From assembly GCA_963754015.1 (NCBI GenBank), contig CAVWEG010000009.1, forward strand, positions 46,083 to 110,082: DNA of 64,000 nt, written 5' to 3'. The position numbers and the translations under genes were made by a program. This document shows, piece after piece, positions 30,927-40,739 of this stretch; the first letter of the stretch is position 1, and each line of letters opens with the position of its first letter. The stretch is from Candidatus Dormiibacterota bacterium. GTDB lineage: Bacteria; Chloroflexota; Dormibacteria; Aeolococcales; Aeolococcaceae. The notes under the pieces were generated by a model, which saw only the letters and a list, made by a program, of their open reading frames with translations, was not told the origin of the DNA and ran no database searches.

Positions 30927-31790
30927 GTGCCGCAGTCCCTCGCGCGTCGCGCCTGGACGCTTTTCGAGCCGATCCACGCGATCGTGTACTTCGCGCCCGA
31001 AGCCAGGGACTCCTATAGCGCGGCCGGGCTGCGCGGCGGGTGGATGGGATATTTCGCCTCGCGGTCGGCGCCGATGGGGGCCGTGAGCGGCGAGGTGGTG
31101 ACCGCCGTGTTCCACAACTTCCGGCCGTCGATGGTGCTGCGAGCCATCCCCGACGCGTGGACGTTCGCGAGCCCCGAGCGAGTGCTCGAGGCCCGTCTCG
31201 AGGTGGCAGACGCGGCGTTGCGGCGTCTCTGGGGGCTGGACGTGTATGCCGATGATGTGACAGAGGCCGCCGCGACGACGCTCGAAGTCACCTCCGGGCT
31301 GCATGGCGGCGGCCGGCCTCTGTACGCCGGCCACGCCGGCCTCGAGGTGCCCGAACTGGCGCATCTCGCGCTCTGGCACGCGTGCACGCTCCTGCGCGAG
31401 CATCGTTTCGACGGTCACATCGCTGCGCTCACCGTGCATGGTCTCGACGGGATCGACGCGCTGGTGCTGGCGTCCGCTGCGGGCACCGGCATGGACGCGG
31501 AGACGATGCAGAAGGTGCGGGGGTGGACGGAGGAGGAGATCGGTGCGGCGTGGGAGCGGTTACGCGATCGCGGCCTTGTAGACGCCGGGCGCGAGCTCAC
31601 CGGTGAGGGTGTTGCCGTGAAAGCTGGTGTTGAGGAGATGACTGATCGACTCGCCGGCGGTGTGTGGGAGGCCCTTGACGAATCGCGCCGCGATCGGCTT
31701 TTCGAGTTGCTGCATGGCCTCGCGACGCGCCTCGAGCATCCAGAAGGCATCCGGTATCCGAATCCGATCGGGGTGAGCCGGCCGGTCTGA
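30927..31790 (+). CDS. SCO6745-like conserved protein
   Basis: EPIHAIVYFAPE, YFASRSAPMG, LREHRFDGH and RGW motifs; TACGAT lies 6 nt before the GTG. Confidence 0.75.
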   Translation: MPQSLARRAWTLFEPIHAIVYFAPEARDSYSAAGLRGGWMGYFASRSAPMGAVSGEVVTAVFHNFRPSMVLRAIPDAWTFASPERVLEARLEVADAALRRLWGLDVYADDVTEAAATTLEVTSGLHGGGRPLYAGHAGLEVPELAHLALWHACTLLREHRFDGHIAALTVHGLDGIDALVLASAAGTGMDAETMQKVRGWTEEEIGAAWERLRDRGLVDAGRELTGEGVAVKAGVEEMTDRLAGGVWEALDESRRDRLFELLHGLATRLEHPEGIRYPNPIGVSRPV

Positions 31791-31796
31791 CCCGGT

Positions 31797-32894
31797 TTAG
31801 AGCTGCGGGAGGCCGAGACAGCCGCGAAGCGCGTTCTCGATCCGCTCGCCGCGCTCGTGTGAGCCCATGGTCCCGGTGACGAAGGCGAAGGCGTAGTTCG
31901 CACCGTCGCGCGTGCACGCGCCGCCGAAGCTGCCACCGAGACCGCCCATGCCGAAGCCTTCGTCGTCGATGCCGAAGCCGAGGCCCCACGCGTTTTCGTG
32001 GCCGAAGACGGCGTCGATGCCTGAGCACTGGGCTCTCGTGGCCTCGCGGAGGAGTGGAGGTGAGAGCAGCTCGCCACGCAGGAGTGCGGCGTAGAGAGCG
32101 GCGATGCCGCGAGCCGTGCCGTGGCCGTTGATGGCGGGGATCTCCGCTGCGCGCCATGCGGCGCTGTTCACCACTGCGGGATCGCGACTGCCCGGCGGAT
32201 TGGTCGTGGCGCGCGCGTAGAGATCGCTCGCGGTACTCGGCGTTTCGATGTCGTCGAGGCAGGTCAATTCGACGGCACGCGTCTGCTCGCTGGGGGCGAC
32301 GCCGACCATGAAGTCGAGCCCAGCCGGTGCGCAGACTTCGTCGCGAAGAAACCGACCGAGGCTGCGTCCATCAACGCGACGCACGATCTCGCCGACGAGG
32401 TGTCCGTAGAAGAGCGCCGACTCTCCGTGTGCGGTCCCCGGCGGCCACGCGGGTTGCTGCGCGGCGAGGAGCGCGCACATCCGGTCCCAGTCGTAGAAGG
32501 CGGCGGTGTCGGTTGGTCTGTCGATCGCGACGACACCTGCTTGATGCGAGAGGACATGCCGGATGGTTGCCGGCGCCGTGAATTCCGGCCAGTAGCGCTG
32601 CATTGGCGCGTCGAGGTCGACGCGGCCACGGTCGATGAGCAGGAGGAGGCACATCGCCGCGAAGGGCTTTGACACCGAGTAGGGCTGCACGATGCTGTCC
32701 TGGACCCAGAGGCGCGAACCGTCTGCGGTCGCAGTGCCACCCCAGAGGTCGACGATCCATCGACCGTCGTGCCACGCCGCAATCGCAGCACCGGTGCCGC
32801 ATTGTTCGTCGAGGACGGCCGTGAACACGTCGCGCACCGGTTCGAATCCCAGCGCCACCGAACCCTGCGCACGCGTGCGCTCGTCGATGTCCAT
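31797..32894 (-). CDS. Serine hydrolase, beta-lactamase class C / esterase family
   Basis: SVSK nucleophile motif, LSHQAG, AEIPAING. Confidence 0.85.
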   Translation of the reverse strand: MDIDERTRAQGSVALGFEPVRDVFTAVLDEQCGTGAAIAAWHDGRWIVDLWGGTATADGSRLWVQDSIVQPYSVSKPFAAMCLLLLIDRGRVDLDAPMQRYWPEFTAPATIRHVLSHQAGVVAIDRPTDTAAFYDWDRMCALLAAQQPAWPPGTAHGESALFYGHLVGEIVRRVDGRSLGRFLRDEVCAPAGLDFMVGVAPSEQTRAVELTCLDDIETPSTASDLYARATTNPPGSRDPAVVNSAAWRAAEIPAINGHGTARGIAALYAALLRGELLSPPLLREATRAQCSGIDAVFGHENAWGLGFGIDDEGFGMGGLGGSFGGACTRDGANYAFAFVTGTMGSHERGERIENALRGCLGLPQL

Positions 32895-32901
32895 CGGCGC
32901 G

Positions 32902-33849
32902 TCAGGAAGCCGCTGAGGACGCGACTCCCACGCGTTCGCGCTCCACGACGGCGGCAAGCGCACGGATGAATGCAGGTTGCGTGTTCGGCAGCGCGATGCG
33001 GTGCATGGTGATGCCGGCTTCGACAGCCTCCTCCTGGGCCGCGATGTCGATGTCGTACAGGATCTCGAGGTGATCCGCGAGGAACTGCAGGGGGACGATG
33101 AGTACCTCGGTGACGCCGGCATCGCGGAATCCCGGGAAGAGGTCTTTCACGTCCGGTGTGAGCCACTCTTCCGGCGTGTGGCCGGCGCTCTGATACGCGA
33201 AGCTCCACCTCGACGCGTCGAGGTCGAGCGCACACGCGACGGACGTCGCCGTGTCGTGCAGCTGCGTGATGTAGCCCGGATCGCGGTCGACGACGGGGCG
33301 AGGCAGGCTGTGTGCGGTGAAGATGATCGGGATGGTGTCGCGCACCGACGGGTCGAGCCGGTCGAGCGCCTCGGTGACGCGCTCCGCGAGTGCACCGATC
33401 CATTCCGGGATGAGGTGCCAGGCGCCGGCGATGTGCACGTCGGTGTCGGGGTGGGCTGCTGCCCATGCTGCGACCGCGCGCTCATACCCCGCGAGGATGA
33501 TCGGCGAATATTGCGGTGCGAGCACGACGACGACGATGCGTCGTGCGCCGTCGGCCTGCACGGCATCGAGGGCGCTCGCGAGTGACGGCTCGGAGTGCAG
33601 CATCCCCGGCGCGACGACTGCCTCGCACGCATCCATGTCGGAGTCGAGCAGCGTCTGCAGGGCTTGTGTCTGCTCGTGCGTGATGTCGATGAGCGGCGAC
33701 CGCCCGATGAGGTCGTAGCGGCGGCGGAATTCGTCGACCAGGTCGGGGGACGCCTCGCGCCCGCCGCGCACGGAGGCCATGTAGGCGGGGACGTCGTCCG
33801 ACGTGACGGCGGAGCCGAAGGTCGCGAGCACGACGCCGAGCTGGGCCAT
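32902..33849 (-). CDS. hemH: Ferrochelatase (coproporphyrin ferrochelatase type likely)
   Basis: LAPQYS, FTAHSLP, YQSAG..WLTP and FLADHLEILYDID motifs. Confidence 0.93.
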   Translation of the reverse strand: MAQLGVVLATFGSAVTSDDVPAYMASVRGGREASPDLVDEFRRRYDLIGRSPLIDITHEQTQALQTLLDSDMDACEAVVAPGMLHSEPSLASALDAVQADGARRIVVVVLAPQYSPIILAGYERAVAAWAAAHPDTDVHIAGAWHLIPEWIGALAERVTEALDRLDPSVRDTIPIIFTAHSLPRPVVDRDPGYITQLHDTATSVACALDLDASRWSFAYQSAGHTPEEWLTPDVKDLFPGFRDAGVTEVLIVPLQFLADHLEILYDIDIAAQEEAVEAGITMHRIALPNTQPAFIRALAAVVERERVGVASSAAS

Positions 33850-33890
33850 GCGCCAAGGGTATAGCGCCGCCTCACGCGTCCGGCGCGGGA

Positions 33891-34949
33891 TCAGGCCCGG
33901 GCGGTCTCCTGGTGGACGAGCTCAGCGAGGCGTCGCAGATCGTCGCTCGACGTCTCCGGAAGAACGCCGTGGCCGAGGTTGAAGATGTGCCCGGGGCGGC
34001 CGTTCGCCTGGGCGAGGATCAGGCGAGCCTCTCGGGCGATCACGTCGAAGGGCGCCAGCATGACGCCCGGATCGAGGTTGCCCTGGATGGCACGATCGCC
34101 GATCCGGCGCCAGGCTTCATCGAGCGGCAGCCGCCAGTCGACGCTGATGACGTCGGACCCGGCGCTCGCCATCGACTCGAGGAGGTGTGACGTCGTGGTC
34201 CCGAAGTGGATGGTCGGTACCCCGGTCTCCGCGACTGCGTCGAGGATGCGGCGGCTGTAGGGGAGGACCGATGACTCGTACGCGGCGACGGAGAGCGCAC
34301 CGGCCCACGAGTTGAAGAGCTGGATCATCTGGGCGCCGGCCTCGACCTGTGCCTGGAGGTAGGCGATGGTGACCTCGGTGAGCGTCGACATCAGCCGGTG
34401 CCACAGCTCGGGCTCGCCGTGGAGCATCGCCTTGGTACGCGAGAACTCCTTTGTGGGCTTGCCTTCGATCATGTACGAGGCGACGGTGAAGGGACCCCCG
34501 GCGAATCCGACAACGGCGGTGGTGCCGTCAAGCTCCTTGCGCACCAACCGAATCGCCTCGTAGAGCTCCGGAGTTGATTCGTGCGGATCGACGATACGAA
34601 GCGCATTGACGTCGTCGGCGGACCGGACCGGCGCATGGATGATCGGGCCGATGCCAGGGTCGATGGAGAAGGGAACGCCCATTCCCGTCAGGGGCAACAT
34701 GATGTCGGCGTACATGACGGCCGCATCGACACCGAACTCCGCAACGGGCATGAGCGTCACCTGTGCGCAGAGCTCGGGGGTACGCGTGATCGTGAGGATG
34801 TCGTAGCTCTCGCGCAGCTTGCGGTAGCCGGCGAGGCAGCGTCCGGCCTGTCGCATGAACCAGATCGGGGTACGGTCGGCGGGCTCACGACGCGCGGCGG
34901 CGAGCATCAGCTCGGCGCCGGTCATGGCTCCGGATCGGGTCACGGTCAT
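33891..34949 (-). CDS. hemE: Uroporphyrinogen decarboxylase
   Basis: PIWFMRQAGR, GFAGGPFT, QGNLDP and FNLGHG motifs. Confidence 0.95.
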   Translation of the reverse strand: MTVTRSGAMTGAELMLAAARREPADRTPIWFMRQAGRCLAGYRKLRESYDILTITRTPELCAQVTLMPVAEFGVDAAVMYADIMLPLTGMGVPFSIDPGIGPIIHAPVRSADDVNALRIVDPHESTPELYEAIRLVRKELDGTTAVVGFAGGPFTVASYMIEGKPTKEFSRTKAMLHGEPELWHRLMSTLTEVTIAYLQAQVEAGAQMIQLFNSWAGALSVAAYESSVLPYSRRILDAVAETGVPTIHFGTTTSHLLESMASAGSDVISVDWRLPLDEAWRRIGDRAIQGNLDPGVMLAPFDVIAREARLILAQANGRPGHIFNLGHGVLPETSSDDLRRLAELVHQETARA

Positions 34950-35078
34950 ACCATCGAGGGTAGCGAAGCGGCCTCGTGACGCGGATGCTGCACAAGGCAC
35001 CGGACGCCCGGTACGATCACGACGGCTCGTGAGCCGAGGGTCTGGCGACGTGTCAGCGGCAAGTACGCGCAGAGGAGA

Positions 35079-36707
35079 GTGGAGCCCATGAACTCGACGA
35101 TGCAGGACTCGCAGCTCAGCATCACGGAGATCTTCCGCCATGGGGCCGAGCAGTATCCGGACAGCGAGATCATCACCTTCGAGGGCGAGCGGGCGAAGCA
35201 CACCACCTACGCCGAGGTGGCCGAGCGGGTGAACCGCCTGGCCGGCGCTTTGCGCACGCTCGGAGTCGGCGCCGGCGACCGTGTCGGAACGCTGTGCTGG
35301 AACCACCAGGAACACATGGAGGCATACCTCGCGATCCCGAGCATGGGAGCGGTGCTGCATACGCTCAACCTCCGCCTCCCACCGTCGCAGCTCGCGCAGA
35401 TCATCAACCACGCACAGGACAAGGTGATCATCGTTGACGACACGCTTGCACCGCTGCTGGCGTCAGTGATCGAGCAATGTCCGAGCGTCGAGAAGGTGAT
35501 TGTCGTCGGCTCCGGCGAGGCGTCGGGACTCGGCGACACGCTTGCGTACGAGACGCTGCTCGCGGCCGAGTCGCCAGTGTTCGATTGGCCGGCAATCGAC
35601 GAACGCAGTGCCGCGTCCATGTGCTACACGACGGGGACCACGGGCGATCCGAAAGGTGTCGCGTACAGCCACCGATCGGTGTATCTGCATTCGTTCGCGG
35701 TATGGGCGACATTCCGTCTCGATGACAGCGGGCGTTTGCTCATCATCGTGCCGATGTTCCATGTCAACGCATGGGGCACGCCGTATGCGGGATGGCTTGT
35801 TGGCAGCGACCTGCTGCTGCCCGGACGATTCCTGCAGCCCCAGGGACTCTGCGACTTCATCACGCAGGAACGGCCGACGTTCACGGGTGGTGTCCCGACC
35901 ATTCTCACTGCGCTGCTCAATCACGTGCAGGCAACGGGCGGCGATGTGTCGAGCATCAAGACCGCGGTGTGCGGTGGCTCCGCAGTGCCGGCAACGCTGA
36001 TCGCCGCATACAAGGACGTGCTCGGCATCGAGTTGTGGCAGGCGTGGGGGATGACCGAGACGAGTCCCATCGCGTCGATCGCCCGCCCCCCCAAGGGAAC
36101 TGCGCCCGAGGATGAGATGCACTACCGCGCCAAGACCGGGAAAGTGGTTCCTGGTGTTGAGCTGCGCATCGTCGATGACACGGGTGCAGCGTTGCCGCAT
36201 GACGGCGAAGCTGTCGGCGAGATCGAGGTGCGCGGACCGTGGATCACCGGCTCGTACTACAACACTGAGGCGCCGGAGAAATTCCATGACGGATGGTTGC
36301 GCACCGGCGACGTCGGCAACATCGATACGCGGGGTTTTGTGCAGATTACGGACCGGTCCAAGGACGTGATCAAGTCCGGCGGTGAGTGGATCTCCTCAGT
36401 GGAGCTGGAGACATTGCTCGTCGGTCATCCTGCGGTGGCAGACGCGGCGGTCGTCGGTGTGCCCGATGAGCGCTGGGCAGAGCGTCCGCTCGCGGCTGTC
36501 GTCCTCAAGGAGGGCAAGTCGGCGACGCCGGAGGAGCTGCGCGAGTTCCTGGCGCCGAAGGTTGCGCGCTGGTGGTTGCCGGAGCGCTGGGTGTTCGTCG
36601 ACGAGCTGCCGAAAACGAGCGTGGGGAAGCTCGACAAGAAGGTCATCCGGGCTGAATACGCTGCGGGGAAGTACCCCGTGGAGGAACTGACTGCCGCATC
36701 GCGCTGA
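35079..36707 (+). CDS. Medium/long-chain fatty acid-CoA ligase (AlkK/DmdB-like)
   Basis: [30 protein letters not shown] and TSVGK motifs. Confidence 0.92.
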   Translation: MEPMNSTMQDSQLSITEIFRHGAEQYPDSEIITFEGERAKHTTYAEVAERVNRLAGALRTLGVGAGDRVGTLCWNHQEHMEAYLAIPSMGAVLHTLNLRLPPSQLAQIINHAQDKVIIVDDTLAPLLASVIEQCPSVEKVIVVGSGEASGLGDTLAYETLLAAESPVFDWPAIDERSAASMCYTTGTTGDPKGVAYSHRSVYLHSFAVWATFRLDDSGRLLIIVPMFHVNAWGTPYAGWLVGSDLLLPGRFLQPQGLCDFITQERPTFTGGVPTILTALLNHVQATGGDVSSIKTAVCGGSAVPATLIAAYKDVLGIELWQAWGMTETSPIASIARPPKGTAPEDEMHYRAKTGKVVPGVELRIVDDTGAALPHDGEAVGEIEVRGPWITGSYYNTEAPEKFHDGWLRTGDVGNIDTRGFVQITDRSKDVIKSGGEWISSVELETLLVGHPAVADAAVVGVPDERWAERPLAAVVLKEGKSATPEELREFLAPKVARWWLPERWVFVDELPKTSVGKLDKKVIRAEYAAGKYPVEELTAASR

Positions 36708-36714
36708 CGCGCGG

Positions 36715-37857
36715 TCAGTGCTGGATCGGTCCCGTCTCCACCGCTTCGAATGCGCTGCCGGGAACGGTCTTGAGCTGGTTGAGGTCGTTGTCGTTCCAAC
36801 GCGAATCGGTGTCGCCGCTGATGTACCAGCTGCTGCCGTTGTCGGCGACGATCATGCCGTACGTCTTCAGCGCGGTGAGGATGACGAGCGCCTCGCCGTG
36901 AAATCCCGCGAGGCTGAACGACGCCTTGAGGCGGAGGCGAAGTCCCATAGGCGGCAACGCTGTGTTGGCTGAACCGGCCTCGTGCGTTGCGGGGCTGATC
37001 CAGCCGTTCTGCGAGTCCTGGACCGTGAATCTCAGCGCGTGGTCGATGGCGCCAGCGGCGACTTCGCTGTAGAGCGCGAGTCCCGGCAGGATCGGGAGGC
37101 CGGCGGCATCGGCAGATGTCCAACCCTCGGGTCGCAGCGCGTTGCTGTTGAGGTTGAACACCGCACCAGATGCGCACTCCCATCCGGCACCGATCTGCTG
37201 CGCGTCATACATCTCGTACAGCTTGCAGTTGCCGCTGTCGACGACAAGCACGTGGCGGTCACTGCCCGATTCCACCGGAGCATTCAGTGGCACTGGGTAT
37301 GGTCCGGGATTGCTCTCGTCACCGTACGCGTCGAAGGTGATGGGGACGAACGGCTGTGACTTTGGCACGACGGTGTACGGAATCCCGTACGTCGGATTCG
37401 AGCCGAAATCCGGGTGCAGGAACTGCTTGGTCGAGTCGATGCTCGCGATGTACTCGGTCGAGTTCGGATTGACCGGCAGCTTCGACACGTTCTCGTTCCA
37501 CGGGTTGTTCGGCGGGAAGACCTGGCAGCCGCCGATCTTCGTGAGCGACGTGGCAGCCGGCGGTGGCGCCGGCGCACCGCTGTGGCTGGGGGCGCGAGTA
37601 GGCGATGCGGTCGTGAGTCCCTTCACCGGAATCGTGATCTTCGAGTTGGCGGCGGTAGTCGACGCGGTCGGTGTCGGCGACCCCGGGAGATGTGGAAGGA
37701 CCCCGATGAGACCGCCGCCGGCCGGCGTCGGGATCGCCTGAGAAGCTGGGCCGCTGCAGGCGGTGAGGACGATCAGCGTGGACGCCATACCGATGGCGAT
37801 GCGGAGGCCGGGTGCGCCTGATCGGAGCCTGATCACTCCCAGATGATGCCCCGGCAT
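36715..37857 (-). CDS. Conserved lipoprotein of unknown function (start may be about 37790)
   Basis: LTAC lipobox, P/T linker, FPPNNPWN..YGIPY..DRH..SADAAGLP..YGMIVADNG. Confidence 0.65.
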   Translation of the reverse strand: MPGHHLGVIRLRSGAPGLRIAIGMASTLIVLTACSGPASQAIPTPAGGGLIGVLPHLPGSPTPTASTTAANSKITIPVKGLTTASPTRAPSHSGAPAPPPAATSLTKIGGCQVFPPNNPWNENVSKLPVNPNSTEYIASIDSTKQFLHPDFGSNPTYGIPYTVVPKSQPFVPITFDAYGDESNPGPYPVPLNAPVESGSDRHVLVVDSGNCKLYEMYDAQQIGAGWECASGAVFNLNSNALRPEGWTSADAAGLPILPGLALYSEVAAGAIDHALRFTVQDSQNGWISPATHEAGSANTALPPMGLRLRLKASFSLAGFHGEALVILTALKTYGMIVADNGSSWYISGDTDSRWNDNDLNQLKTVPGSAFEAVETGPIQH

Positions 37858-37948
37858 GCCGGTCGCCTCGTGACGACCCGGTCACGACCGCGACGGTGGT
37901 CTCCGGTTCCTCCCGCCGCCGTAACTCGACCGGTAGACAATCGACGGT

Positions 37949-38863
37949 ATGACGGCTCCGCCCGGCGACCTGTCTGCTGAGATCGACGCCTATCTTCTCT
38001 CCTGTCTGTCCCGAGGCGTGAAGCTGTCGACGATCAAGCACAGCTATGGCTATTCGTTGAGTGCGGTGTTGCTCCCCTGGTGCCAGAGCGAGGGAATCAC
38101 CACGGTGTCAGAGCTCACCAAAGGCACGTTGAACCGCTTCGCCTCGGCAGTCCGAGACCGGAAGACCCGGGACGGTTCGCCTCTGGCGGAGAACACCGTG
38201 TGGACATACCAGAAGGCCGCCAACCAACTCGTGAAGTGGTACGCCGAGCTCCACGACACGACCGTCGCAAAGGTGACGTTGCGACAGCCACCGGGGCGCA
38301 AGGTGGCGACCCTCGAGCGCGATCAGATCGCAGTCCTCGAGCGAAGCGCCGACACCGTGCGTGATCGCGTGATCGTCCGGTTACTCGCCGACTCGGGGAT
38401 GCGCGCGGGCGAGTTGATACAGATCACGAAGCGCGATCTCCACCGCGCGGGCGGCCGGCACTACGTCCGCGTCGGCCGCACCGCCACCGAACGCTACGTG
38501 CCAATCACGCGGCGGATCCACGCGCGACTGAGTGCACTCGCCAGCGATGACGACGATGCACCGATCTTCGTGGGCTTGCGTCGTGACCGCCGCACTGGTC
38601 AACGCGAACCCCTGACAGTCGCCGGCGTGCGCCAGATGGTCGGTGCGCTGGCGGTCAACGCTGGAATAACCGCCTCGGTAAGCCCGTACGTCTTCCGCCA
38701 CAGTGCGTGCCGATGGCTGCTGATGAGCGGACAGACTCCGCACATCGTGGAGAAGATCCTCGGTAATGGATCCGCATCGATGATCCGCGAGCACTACGGC
38801 GACCTGGGCAACAGCAACGCCCACGACCACCTCATGCAGGTCCTCCGCGCCGAGCGATCGTAG
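37949..38863 (+). CDS. Tyrosine recombinase/integrase with an atypical catalytic set
   Basis: RDRVIVRLLADSGMRAGEL, SPYVFRHS, ILGN and IREHY; N-terminal SAM-like domain. Confidence 0.85.
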   Translation: MTAPPGDLSAEIDAYLLSCLSRGVKLSTIKHSYGYSLSAVLLPWCQSEGITTVSELTKGTLNRFASAVRDRKTRDGSPLAENTVWTYQKAANQLVKWYAELHDTTVAKVTLRQPPGRKVATLERDQIAVLERSADTVRDRVIVRLLADSGMRAGELIQITKRDLHRAGGRHYVRVGRTATERYVPITRRIHARLSALASDDDDAPIFVGLRRDRRTGQREPLTVAGVRQMVGALAVNAGITASVSPYVFRHSACRWLLMSGQTPHIVEKILGNGSASMIREHYGDLGNSNAHDHLMQVLRAERS

Positions 38864-38967
38864 CGCCAGTGGTCTACGATTGCCGCCTCGCGGACCGTTT
38901 CCCGTCCTGGCAGAATGGCGCCTCCACTACTTCACTTTTTCCAAGGACACGATCCAATTCGAGATCT

Positions 38968-39039
38968 GCGGGGGTAACTCAATGGTAGAGTGCAACCTTC
39001 CCAAGGTTGAAGTTGCGGGTTCGAGCCCCGTCCCCCGCT
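38968..39039 (+). tRNA. tRNA-Gly (CCC)
   Basis: Acceptor GCGGGGG/CCCCCGC, D arm ACTC/GAGT, anticodon arm CAACC-TTCCCAA-GGTTG, T loop TTCGAGC; discriminator T followed by CCCA. Confidence 0.97.
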
Positions 39040-39049
39040 CCCATCGCTT

Positions 39050-39081
39050 ACGCGTCCCGAAAAGCGCCGCTTGGGACGTGT
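39050..39081 (+). terminator. Hairpin downstream of the tRNA
   Basis: ACGCGTCCCGA..TTGGGACGTGT inverted repeat with G-U pairs; no U-tract. Confidence 0.4.
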
Positions 39082-39158
39082 CCCAGCAGTAGCAGTACGC
39101 TGGCCGTCGGCCCGGGATTGTCCGCAGCGAGGGCGCGACACATCGCTTTGATTCTTAT

Positions 39159-39671
39159 GTGCCGAATAGTCCCGAACAAGCGGCGCGCCGTGCTCGCACA
39201 TACCGCGCTTGGCACAGCATGGTGCGTCGTTGCACCAATCCCGCGAGCGCCGACTGGTCGCGCTATGGCGGACGTGGTATCAGCGTGTGCGAGCGCTGGC
39301 GGAGCTTCGCGGACTTCTTCGCAGACATGGGTCCGTGTCCTGACAACCTGTCGCTCGATCGGATCAACAACGAAGGCAATTACGAACCGGGCAACTGTCG
39401 TTGGACGACCTTCGAGCAGCAGATGCTCAATCGCCGCTCAATTGCCGGCGAGCGACATGCCAATGCGAAGCTCACGTTCGATGACGTGTGGACCATCAGG
39501 CTCTTGGCGCAGGAGGGATTCACACAGCGAGCCATTGCAGCTGCTTTCGGGGTCAGCCATGCGAACGTGGGGTACATCGTGCGAGAGGTGGCGTGGCGGA
39601 AGCCCATCGAAGCCCCTGGCCATCGGGAGCCCGCCCGCCGAGGAGACCCGTCTGACGGCATGCAGCTCTAG
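39159..39671 (+). CDS. Phage-type HNH endonuclease with a C-terminal HTH
   Basis: RC..YGGRGISVCERW..FFADMG..SLDRINNEGNYEPGNCRW, then GERHANAKLT..TQRAIAAAFGVS. Confidence 0.8.
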   Translation: MPNSPEQAARRARTYRAWHSMVRRCTNPASADWSRYGGRGISVCERWRSFADFFADMGPCPDNLSLDRINNEGNYEPGNCRWTTFEQQMLNRRSIAGERHANAKLTFDDVWTIRLLAQEGFTQRAIAAAFGVSHANVGYIVREVAWRKPIEAPGHREPARRGDPSDGMQL

Positions 39672-39709
39672 CGTCCACAACTCAAAAGGCCCAATCACGC
39701 CAGCCTGAG

Positions 39710-40729
39710 TTATGGCAACCTCGCCCACGCGACGAGGTCGTCCGCGGTCATGGTGTTGATGACCATGCCGGCAGAAACACCGCACGCCGCCGCCCGTTCG
39801 CACCCGCGGAGCTGCCACTCGAGCTGACCAGGCGCGTGCGCGTCGGTATCGATGGCGATCCGGCAGCCCGTCTCGACCGCGAGCTTCAGCAGGCGCGTTG
39901 GGGGATCAAGCCGTTCCGGGCGCGAGTTGACCTCGACCGCGACTTGATGCTCGCGGCACGCCGCGAACACGGCATCCGCATCGAACTCCGACTCCGGTCG
40001 CCCCCGACCGACGACGATCCGCCCGGTGCAATGGCCGAGGACGTCCATGTTCGGGTTGCGGATCGCTGCAAGCATGCGCGGTGTCATCTCCGCCCGCGGT
40101 GCGCGGAGCTTTGAATGCACGCTCGCCACCACGACGTCGAGCTGCTCCAGCAGGTCCGGCTCCTGGTCGAGCGAGCCGTCTTCATTGATGTCGACCTCGA
40201 TGCCCGTCAGGATGCGAAACGGCGAGAGCACCTCGTTGAGGCCGCGCACCACATCGAGTTGCTCAAGCAACCGCTCCACGCTCAACCCGTGCGCCACCGT
40301 CAGCCGCGGCGAGTGGTCGGTGAGGACGATGTACTCGTGACCAAGGTCGATCGCGGTCCGAGCCATCTCCTCGATGGGACTCCCGCCGTCCGACCAGTCG
40401 GAGTGCACGTGACAGTCGCCGCGGAGTGCCTCCCGCAGCGCCAGCGCTTCAGCTGGTATCGGCGGGACCTCTGTCTCGAGCCGCTGCAAGTACGCGGGTG
40501 TCGCACCGGCCAGCGCTTCCTCGATGACCCGTGCCGTCGCCGGTCCGATTCCCGCCAGCGTTTGCAATGTCCGGCGCCTGTAACGTTCTTCCAGCTCCGT
40601 GTCCGTCAGCGCGCGAACGACAGCCGCCGCGTTGCGGAAGGCGCGCACTCGATAGGTTGGTTCCTGTTCCCGTTCCAGAATGTACGCAATGCGCTCGAGC
40701 GCTGCGATGACAACTCGGCGCTGGGTCAA
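39710..40729 (-). CDS. PHP-domain protein with a PolX-like N-terminal HhH domain (no polymerase core)
   Basis: YRVRAFRNAA, GIGPAT, HVHSDWSDG, TDHS and DTDAH motifs. Confidence 0.88.
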   Translation of the reverse strand: MTQRRVVIAALERIAYILEREQEPTYRVRAFRNAAAVVRALTDTELEERYRRRTLQTLAGIGPATARVIEEALAGATPAYLQRLETEVPPIPAEALALREALRGDCHVHSDWSDGGSPIEEMARTAIDLGHEYIVLTDHSPRLTVAHGLSVERLLEQLDVVRGLNEVLSPFRILTGIEVDINEDGSLDQEPDLLEQLDVVVASVHSKLRAPRAEMTPRMLAAIRNPNMDVLGHCTGRIVVGRGRPESEFDADAVFAACREHQVAVEVNSRPERLDPPTRLLKLAVETGCRIAIDTDAHAPGQLEWQLRGCERAAACGVSAGMVINTMTADDLVAWARLP

Positions 40730-40739
40730 GGTCTGCTAA

